From the NCBI GenBank assembly GCA_037138355.1, contig JBAXIL010000016.1, forward strand, positions 1 through 34,305: a stretch of DNA of 34,305 nt, in the 5' to 3' direction. Below the pieces are notes generated by a model, which was not told the origin of the DNA, did no database searches, and worked only from the letters and a program-made list of their open reading frames with translations. Positions 27,565 to 34,305 of the stretch are shown in pieces. A program made the translations under genes and the position numbers. This DNA is from a bacterium (GTDB taxonomy: Bacteria > Oederibacteriota > PGYV01 > Palsa-1178). Positions within the stretch are counted from its first letter, which is position 1. Each line of letters starts with the position of its first letter.

Positions 27565-28692
27565 ATGACGATTAAAGCACCATTTGAACTCGAAAAGTTA
27601 TCAAACGATGAATACATTCTTAATATGGGTCCGCAGCATCCATCTACGCATGGAGTTTTGCGTATTGTTTTGAAGCTTGATGGTGAAGTGGTAAAGGACC
27701 TTTATGCAGATGTTGGATACATACATTCAAGTGTTGAAAAAATGTGTGAGAATAAAAAATATGAAATGATTATGCCTTATACTGATAGGTTAGATTATCT
27801 ATCGGCTGTTAATTATAATTGGGGTTATGTTTTAGCAGTTGAAAAGCTTATGGGTATTGTTGTGCCAGAACGCGCTGAATATATCAGAGTAATGCTTGCT
27901 GAGTTAAACAGGATTATGAGTCATTTGCTTTGGTATTCTGCTTATGGTATGGATGTTGGTGCTTTAACGCCTATTATGTATGCTTTTCGTGAGAGAGAAG
28001 AAGTAATTGATATTATAGAAGGTATGACAGGTGGAAGATTGACACATAATGCTTTTAGATTTGGTGGTTTTAAAAATGACTTGCCTAAAGATTTTATGGA
28101 AAGATTACAAAAATTCATCGGACATTTCAATGACAAGATAGATGAATACGAAGCACTTCTTATTAATAACATAATTCTTACAGCCAGAACAAAAGGTGTG
28201 GGAATATTAAGCAAAGAAAAAGCTATTAATTATGGAGTGACAGGTCCTTCCTTGAGAGGTTCTAATTGCGCAGTAGATTTAAGAAAAACTGCTCCTTATT
28301 CTATATACGAAAAGTTTGATTTTAAAGTTTGTGTAGGTAAAAATGGCGATACTTGGGATCGTTTGAAAGTAAGAATGGATGAAATGAGAGAAAGTACAAA
28401 AATATTAAAACAAGCCATGGAAGGAATACAAGCAGGAGAAATAATGGCAAAGGTTCCAAAAATAATTAAACCAGCAATTGGTGAAGTTTATACAAAGGTA
28501 GAAAGTGCCAGAGGTGAGTTTGGAGTTTATTTAGTGAGTGACGGCAGTGATAAACCTTATAGAATTAAGTTTAGAAGTCCTTCGTTTTCAAACTTAAGTG
28601 TTTTGAGAGAAATATCAATAGGTTCAAAGATTGCGGATGTAGTGGCGATAATGGGAAGTTTGGATTTGGTAATTCCGGAGATAGATAGGTAG
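27565..28692 (+). CDS. nuoD: NADH-quinone oxidoreductase subunit D
   Basis: NMGPQHPSTHGVLR, DRLDY, ELNRIMSHL, ESARGE, KFRSPSF, PEIDR; no NiFe-binding CxxC motifs. Confidence 0.95.
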   Translation: MTIKAPFELEKLSNDEYILNMGPQHPSTHGVLRIVLKLDGEVVKDLYADVGYIHSSVEKMCENKKYEMIMPYTDRLDYLSAVNYNWGYVLAVEKLMGIVVPERAEYIRVMLAELNRIMSHLLWYSAYGMDVGALTPIMYAFREREEVIDIIEGMTGGRLTHNAFRFGGFKNDLPKDFMERLQKFIGHFNDKIDEYEALLINNIILTARTKGVGILSKEKAINYGVTGPSLRGSNCAVDLRKTAPYSIYEKFDFKVCVGKNGDTWDRLKVRMDEMRESTKILKQAMEGIQAGEIMAKVPKIIKPAIGEVYTKVESARGEFGVYLVSDGSDKPYRIKFRSPSFSNLSVLREISIGSKIADVVAIMGSLDLVIPEIDR

Positions 28693-28694
28693 TA

Positions 28695-28810
28695 GAGTTT
28701 GGAGATTTAAGTTCAGAGTTTTAAGTTATAAGTTTTAAGTTTGAAGTTTTGAGAAGTTTGAACTCTAAACTCCAAACTGTTTTATAAACTGCTTTTAATC
28801 TGCTTTTAAG
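28695..28810. repeat. Degenerate 7-nt tandem repeat array with inverted copies, followed by 11-nt direct repeats
   Basis: GAGTTTG GAGATTT AAGTTCA GAGTTTT AAGTTAT AAGTTTT AAGTTTG AAGTTTT gag AAGTTTG (28695-28760); reverse-complement units TGAACTC TAAACTC CAAACTG (28759-28779); CTGCTTTTAA twice (28789-28810). Confidence 0.85.
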
Positions 28811-28817
28811 GAGTCTT

Positions 28818-29873
28818 ATGCAACTGATTAAAGAATTGCTTTACAACAGCAGTAAGCCGCTCGGAGAGTTATATAATTGGGCGCATACCATATGGGCAAC
28901 TTGGGGAGTTCCTCCTTTTTTACTTGATATTATATTTCAGATTATAATAGGTGTGGCAGTAGCTTTGGTTGTGGTTTTAAATGCTCTGTGGATTATCTAT
29001 TATGATAGAAAATTATCGGCTCTAATGCAGATAAGAAAAGGGCCGAACAGAGTAGGACCGCTTGGCCTTTTGCAGACCATAGCAGATACAGTGAAGCTTA
29101 TGATAAAGGAAGATATCAATCCAAAAGCAGTTGATGTGCTTTCATTTTGGATTGCCCCACTCATAATATTTGTTCCGACTTTCGCAGTATTCCTTGTATT
29201 GCCATTTGGCAAGGGTTTAATACCTGCTGATTTAAATATAGGTATATTATATGTAATCGCGATAACAGGCCTGACAGTTATTGGAATACTTGCTGCAGGG
29301 TGGGGTTCAAACAATAAATATTCTCTTATAGGCGGACTTCGTTCTGCTGCGCAGATTGTATCTTATGAAATTCCTATGATGCTTGTAATTTTATCTGTGG
29401 TGTTACTGTCTGGTTCAATGAAAATGAGCGACATAGTAGCCGCGCAAGCTAATTATAAATGGTTTGTTATTCCTCAAATAATTGGTTTCATAGTTTTTCT
29501 CATAGCAGGGAATGCGGAAATAAACAGGGCGCCTTTTGATTTGCCTGAAGCAGAGTCAGAGCTTGTTGCTGGATTTAATACTGAGTATTCTGCTATGAAG
29601 TTTGCTTTCTTTTATCTCGCAGAATACACAAACTTATTTTTGACCTCAGCTATCGCCGCCACACTTTTTCTTGGTGGTTGGGAAGGGCCATTTTTGCCGC
29701 CGATAGTTTGGTTTTTTATAAAAACTTATTTTGTTGTGACTATATTAATGTGGATTAGATGGACATTCCCGAGAATCAGAGTTGACCATCTTATGGAATT
29801 CTCATGGAAATATCTTTTGCCAATTTCGTTATTGAATTTAATTATAACTGCAATTGTAATAAAATTAATTTAA
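28818..29873 (+). CDS. nuoH: NADH-quinone oxidoreductase subunit H
   Basis: RKGPNRVGPLGLLQTIAD..KL..KE, SNNKYSLIGGLR, SYEIP, RAPFDLPEAESELVAG, PRIRVD. Confidence 0.95.
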   Translation: MQLIKELLYNSSKPLGELYNWAHTIWATWGVPPFLLDIIFQIIIGVAVALVVVLNALWIIYYDRKLSALMQIRKGPNRVGPLGLLQTIADTVKLMIKEDINPKAVDVLSFWIAPLIIFVPTFAVFLVLPFGKGLIPADLNIGILYVIAITGLTVIGILAAGWGSNNKYSLIGGLRSAAQIVSYEIPMMLVILSVVLLSGSMKMSDIVAAQANYKWFVIPQIIGFIVFLIAGNAEINRAPFDLPEAESELVAGFNTEYSAMKFAFFYLAEYTNLFLTSAIAATLFLGGWEGPFLPPIVWFFIKTYFVVTILMWIRWTFPRIRVDHLMEFSWKYLLPISLLNLIITAIVIKLI

Positions 29874-29883
29874 GGAGTTTGAC

Positions 29884-30372
29884 TTGATTAAGTATATTTC
29901 AGATATCATAAAAGGAATAATAAGTTTAGCAGAGGGACTTGAGGTTACGCTAAAACATATATTTAGAAAACCTATTACTTTGCAATATCCAGAAGAGCGT
30001 CCTGATATATCTCTTAGATTTCGTGGCAGATTAGTTATGCCAGTAGATCCTGCCACTCAGGACAACCGTTGTACCGCTTGCATGATTTGTGTCAGGGCTT
30101 GTCCTAATCACTCAATAGAATGTGAAAAAATTATTGGTGAAGACGGCAAACCAAAACCAAAAGCGGCTTCATATACTTATAATATGGGCAGTTGTATTTA
30201 CTGCAATTTATGCGTAGAATCGTGCCCGTTTTTTGCCATAGTGATGTCAGATGATTATGAAACGGCTTCTGAAAACAAAGCCGACTTAACTTTGAATCTT
30301 GTTGCAGAAAAAATTGAGTTAAAAGGTAAGAAATCGAACTGGTGGTTAAGTAAGTTTAAAACGGAAGAGTAA
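29884..30372 (+). CDS. nuoI: NADH-quinone oxidoreductase subunit I
   Basis: ITLQYPEE, RFRG, CTACMICVRACP and CIYCNLCVESCP (two [4Fe-4S] motifs). Confidence 0.95.
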   Translation: MIKYISDIIKGIISLAEGLEVTLKHIFRKPITLQYPEERPDISLRFRGRLVMPVDPATQDNRCTACMICVRACPNHSIECEKIIGEDGKPKPKAASYTYNMGSCIYCNLCVESCPFFAIVMSDDYETASENKADLTLNLVAEKIELKGKKSNWWLSKFKTEE

Positions 30373-30424
30373 TATACGATGATGTCTGCATGTTAGGCAT
30401 CACGACTTTATTAAGGAGATATAA

Positions 30425-30943
30425 ATGATTGAGTTGATACTTTTTTATGCATTTGCGGGAGTTACTATTTTTTCTGCTATGCTTATGGTTTTATCACGCA
30501 ATATATTTCATAGTGCATTATTTTTAGCAGTCACCTTACTCGGAGTGGCTGCATTGTTTGCTATGCTGGGTTCATTCTTTATAGCAGGAGTTCAGGTCCT
30601 TCTATATATAGGAGCGGTTGTAGTGCTTACTATATTTGTCATAAACCTTACTAAGCAGGTTATAGGACAGGATGTGGCACAGGTTAATGAGTATGTGTTA
30701 CCAGCGATACTAACTTCTGTCTTTTCGGCATGCTTGATAATACTTGCTGTAATGAAAACTGATTGGGGCACAAGAATTGCACAGAGTGTGGCACAGTCAG
30801 AACTCACAGATAACACGGCTCTTATAGGAAGACAACTTTTAACTAATTTCGTAATACCATTTGAAATAGTTTCTGTTTTATTACTTGCTGCTTTGATAGG
30901 CGCGATTGCTATTGTTTCCAGAGATAAAGAGGTACAAAAATGA
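30425..30943 (+). CDS. nuoJ: NADH-quinone oxidoreductase subunit J
   Basis: HSALFL, QVLLYIGAVVVL, PFEIVSVLLLAALIGA. Confidence 0.93.
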   Translation: MIELILFYAFAGVTIFSAMLMVLSRNIFHSALFLAVTLLGVAALFAMLGSFFIAGVQVLLYIGAVVVLTIFVINLTKQVIGQDVAQVNEYVLPAILTSVFSACLIILAVMKTDWGTRIAQSVAQSELTDNTALIGRQLLTNFVIPFEIVSVLLLAALIGAIAIVSRDKEVQK

Positions 30944-31248
30944 TTACACTAAATCACTATATAATACTTGGAGCAATACTTTTTGCTATTGGTATTTTTG
31001 GAGTAATAACTCGTAGAAATGCAATCGGTATTTTAATGTCTTTAGAACTTATTTTTAATGCGGTCAATATAAACATGGTCGCTTTTTCCAGATTCTTAAC
31101 TCCCACTGCTGCATACGGAGAGCTCTTTACTATATTTATTATTACAGTGGCAGCGGCAGAATCAGTGTTGGGTTTGGCAATAATACTTGCCATATACAGA
31201 AAAAGACAAGTTTTAAATGCGGATGAAATGAATTTAATGAAGTGGTAA
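30940..31248 (+). CDS. nuoK: NADH-quinone oxidoreductase subunit K
   Basis: RRNAI.ILMSLEL..N, VAAAE..LGLAI. Confidence 0.95.
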   Translation: MITLNHYIILGAILFAIGIFGVITRRNAIGILMSLELIFNAVNINMVAFSRFLTPTAAYGELFTIFIITVAAAESVLGLAIILAIYRKRQVLNADEMNLMKW

Positions 31249-31289
31249 TGGTTAGTATTTTAAAATATAAATTTTAAGTGGAGGATTTT

Positions 31290-33197
31290 TTGGATACAAT
31301 TAGCAGTTTAGGACTTATAACAGCGGTTTTGCCGATTCTGGCTTTTATTATTATAATTGCTTTTACTAAAAAGGATAAAATGGCGAGTGCTTTGGTTTCT
31401 ATCATTGCGGTAGGAATTTCGTTTTTGCTATCTTGTTTTATGTTGTCACAACAGATTATAGCACCAGGACTTCATATATATAATATCCCTTGGATGTATA
31501 TTGGCACAGTTGAACTGAATATGGGCGTTATGATAAACCAATTAACAACCATAATGCTTTTTGTGGTTACTTTAGTAAGTATGCTTGTTCAAATTTATTC
31601 TATAGGATACATGCACGATGATGAAGGTTTCTCAAAGTTTTTTGCGTTTTTATCTTTGTTTACTTTTTCCATGCTGGGAATTGTTATTTCAAACAATCTT
31701 ATGCAGATTTATATATTTTGGGAATTGGTTGGTTTGTCTTCCTATCTATTAATTGGATTTTGGTATACAAAACCAGAAGCATCAGATGCAGCAAAGAAAG
31801 CTTTTGTAGTAAATAGGGTAGGCGATTTTGGGTTTTTAATTGGCATATTGATTTTAACTTTTAGAGCAGGAACTTTTGATTTCTTAAAAGTAATTGCTTA
31901 TGTCCAGTCAGGTGCTATAGAACCTGGCATGATGACTATTATTGCTTTACTTTTATTTTGTGGAGCAGTAGGTAAGTCGGCACAGTTTCCATTACATGTT
32001 TGGTTGCCTGATGCCATGGAAGGTCCTACTCCAGTTTCTGCTCTCATACATGCCGCTACTATGGTTGCAGCTGGTGTTTTTATGGTCGCAAGATTATTTG
32101 CAATCTTTTCATTCTCCCCAGATGCTATGCATGTCATTGCATACATAGGTGGTTTTACTTCTATTTTTGCTGCATCAATTGCTTTAGTGCAAAAAGATAT
32201 AAAAAGAATTTTAGCGTTCTCTACATTATCACAGCTCGGCTATATGATACTCGCTTTAGGCTCTGGCGGATATACAGCAGGTATGTTTCACTTGACCACG
32301 CACGCATTTTTTAAAGCACTATTATTTTTAGGAGCAGGTTCGGTTATACATGCAGTTCATACAAATGATATTTGGGAGACAGGCGGCCTTCATAAAAAAA
32401 TGCCGATTACTTCCATAACTATGTTAATTGCGACATTGGCAATCTCTGGCATATTTCCTTTGGCTGGGTTTTGGTCAAAAGACGAGATATTAGTTACACT
32501 GCACGATTCTGGAAATATGCTTCTGTATTATACCGCCATAATAACTGCTTTCATGACTGCTTTTTATATGTTCAGATTATATATCGTAACCTTCTTAGGT
32601 AAACAGGGACATCATTCAGAACATGCGCATGAATCACCGCTCACTATGACGATACCACTTATGATACTCGCAGTATTTTCTATATTTGCCGGCTTGGTAG
32701 GAATACCAGGGCAGGAAATCAATATCTCAAAGTTTATCTTCTTTGCAGGTGTTGCAGGAACAGAAGTTCTCAATCATGCTGAAACTATGAACATGAACAT
32801 TGCTTTTACTTCGACAATAGTGGCTTTAAGTGGTATAGCACTTGCTTTTATAATTTACTTCTTTAAGTTTATTAAAGCCGAATCTTTAAAGAAAGTTTCA
32901 GGACCTATTTATACTATTCTCGAAAATAAATATTACATAGATGAGTTTTATATGTTCCTTATTAAAAATATTTTCTTTGTTATTTCTGAAGCGGTCAAAT
33001 GGTTTGACAGAAATATAGTTGATGGCGCTGTTAATGGTGTGGCTTTCTTGACAAGATGGGGCGGCGCAAAACTTAGACGGACCACTACTGGTTCTTTGCA
33101 GACATATGCACTTGTAATTTTTTCAGGAATGATAATCGTCATAGTAGCCTTCGCGATATATAATCCCGATGCGCTCAAGCTACTTGGGAGGCCATAA
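31290..33197 (+). CDS. nuoL: NADH-quinone oxidoreductase subunit L
   Basis: WELVGLSSYLLIGFW, NRVGD, GKSAQFPLHVWLPDAMEGPTPVSALIHAATMV, HAFFKALLFL. GGAGG 31280-31284 favours TTG 31290 over GTG 31278. Confidence 0.95.
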   Translation: MDTISSLGLITAVLPILAFIIIIAFTKKDKMASALVSIIAVGISFLLSCFMLSQQIIAPGLHIYNIPWMYIGTVELNMGVMINQLTTIMLFVVTLVSMLVQIYSIGYMHDDEGFSKFFAFLSLFTFSMLGIVISNNLMQIYIFWELVGLSSYLLIGFWYTKPEASDAAKKAFVVNRVGDFGFLIGILILTFRAGTFDFLKVIAYVQSGAIEPGMMTIIALLLFCGAVGKSAQFPLHVWLPDAMEGPTPVSALIHAATMVAAGVFMVARLFAIFSFSPDAMHVIAYIGGFTSIFAASIALVQKDIKRILAFSTLSQLGYMILALGSGGYTAGMFHLTTHAFFKALLFLGAGSVIHAVHTNDIWETGGLHKKMPITSITMLIATLAISGIFPLAGFWSKDEILVTLHDSGNMLLYYTAIITAFMTAFYMFRLYIVTFLGKQGHHSEHAHESPLTMTIPLMILAVFSIFAGLVGIPGQEINISKFIFFAGVAGTEVLNHAETMNMNIAFTSTIVALSGIALAFIIYFFKFIKAESLKKVSGPIYTILENKYYIDEFYMFLIKNIFFVISEAVKWFDRNIVDGAVNGVAFLTRWGGAKLRRTTTGSLQTYALVIFSGMIIVIVAFAIYNPDALKLLGRP

Positions 33198-34305
33198 TGG
33201 GAACTGTGATAGCAAATATATTTAATCATATACCAATACTAACTATAATTTATTTAATGCCTTTGATTGCTGTTATATCAATGTTTTTAATCCCTGGTAC
33301 AAATCAGAAGGCAATAAAAATTGTATCTCTTGTGTTTTCTGTAATATCTTTTATTCTTGCCTTGTTATTATTTTTTGCTTATGATTTTAAAACAGGTGGA
33401 ATGCAGTTTGTAGAAAAACATGAGTGGTTGGCTTCGCTTGGTATCAATTATTTTATGGGAGTTAATGGTATCAATGTGGTACTTGTGTTATTGACAGGAA
33501 TTATTATTACGGCTGGTATACTCGCATCTTGGGATGTAAATAATAGACCAAAAGAGTTTTTCATACTTTTACTTACTTTGACCACCGGAGTTTTTGGTGT
33601 GTTCATGACATATAATCTTTTCTTGTTTTTCTTATTCTATGAGATTGCAGTACTTCCTATGTATCTTTTGATTGGTATATGGGGAACAGGTCCTAAAGAA
33701 TATTCGGCTATGAAGCTGACTTTATATCTTATGGTAGGAAGCGCACTTATTCTTGCTGGAATTCTTGGCTTGTATTTTGCTTCAGGTATACATACCTTTG
33801 ATTTTGATTTGCTTGAAAAAGTTGCTTTTGATAAAACTTTTCAGATAATATTTTTTCCTATTTTATTTGTTGGCTTTGGTATTCTTGCGGCTTTATGGCC
33901 TTTTCACACTTGGTCCCCAGATGGACATGCTTCAGCACCTACGGCTGTTTCCATGCTTCACGCTGGTGTGCTTATGAAACTTGGTGCTTATGGTTGTTTG
34001 GTTGTGGCAGTTTGGTTACTTCCACTTGGGGCTAAGTTTTGGTTCCCAACTATTGCGGTACTAACTATTGTAAATATAGTTTATGGTTCACTCGGTGCGG
34101 TGGCACAAAGAGATTTGAAATTCATAGTGGCATATTCGTCTGTGTCACATATGGGAATAGTTTTACTCGGTATTTCGGCAGGGAACTCAATTGCTTTTTC
34201 TGGTGCAGTTCTACAAATGTTTTCTCACGGAGTTATGACAGGACTTTTCTTCGGCTTGGTCGGTATGACTTATGGCCGTACTCATACAAGAATAATTACT
34301 GAAAT
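33197..34305 (+). CDS. nuoM: NADH-quinone oxidoreductase subunit M, truncated by the window end (not in ORF track)
   Basis: TAATG overlap with nuoL; MGTVIANIFNHIPILT..., MQFVEKHEW, FYEIAVLPMYLLIGIWG, PFHTWSPDGHASAP, GVLMKLGAYG, AYSSVSHMG, SHG. Confidence 0.93.
   Translation, partial: MGTVIANIFNHIPILTIIYLMPLIAVISMFLIPGTNQKAIKIVSLVFSVISFILALLLFFAYDFKTGGMQFVEKHEWLASLGINYFMGVNGINVVLVLLTGIIITAGILASWDVNNRPKEFFILLLTLTTGVFGVFMTYNLFLFFLFYEIAVLPMYLLIGIWGTGPKEYSAMKLTLYLMVGSALILAGILGLYFASGIHTFDFDLLEKVAFDKTFQIIFFPILFVGFGILAALWPFHTWSPDGHASAPTAVSMLHAGVLMKLGAYGCLVVAVWLLPLGAKFWFPTIAVLTIVNIVYGSLGAVAQRDLKFIVAYSSVSHMGIVLLGISAGNSIAFSGAVLQMFSHGVMTGLFFGLVGMTYGRTHTRIITE

Noticed and set aside
27715..27741. NuoD GYIHSSVEK in place of the common HRG motif as a sign of inactivation
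   Set aside because: This position varies among functional enzymes, and the quinone-site motifs and reading frame are intact.
26513..28692. Group 4 NiFe hydrogenase (Ech/Hyc/Mbh) instead of complex I
   Set aside because: The large subunit lacks the N- and C-terminal CxxC Ni ligands, the small subunit has the tandem CC of NuoB, and nuoA/J/K are present.
28695..28810. Repeat array as a CRISPR
   Set aside because: Units are 7 nt, contiguous and without unique spacers; no cas genes are present.
939..33229. All minus-strand ORFs in the track (e.g. 11449-12009, 21800-22255, 26509-26892)
   Set aside because: They are antisense shadows of well-supported + strand genes and show no recognisable motifs.
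34039..34302. 87-aa + strand ORF
   Set aside because: Alternative frame inside nuoM, which is open from 33197 to the window end.

Overview
AT-rich (roughly one-third GC, estimated by eye) chromosomal window from a diderm, LPS-making bacterium. Every credible gene is on the + strand. In order: the 3' end of a probable carbohydrate-binding-domain gene; a stand-alone UvrD-type helicase fused to a PD-(D/E)XK Fe-S nuclease, apparently leaderless; an uncalled 46-aa membrane peptide coupled to an ABC-2 exporter; a GT2 glycosyltransferase; an envelope operon (zinc-ribbon protein, kdsD, kdsC, lpxL-like, lptC, lptA-like, lptB, TPR-SpoIID/LytB); mannose-6-P isomerase, M16 peptidase, ureidoglycolate-lyase-like cupin and a PAP2-beta-solenoid fusion; a TM2/DUF2752 pair; a partial Tad/Flp pilus module (uncalled 39-aa leader ORF, two Flp pilins, TadE, TadG-like, TadE, an unknown protein, CpaB, but no ATPase, platform, secretin or peptidase); and a long-chain polyprenyl synthase directly ahead of nuoABCD-HIJKLM, which runs off the window. 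The nuo operon has no nuoEFG, and a heptamer-repeat hairpin sits at the nuoD-nuoH junction. No rRNA, tRNA, CRISPR array or transposase was seen. All family calls come from motif recognition, not database searches.
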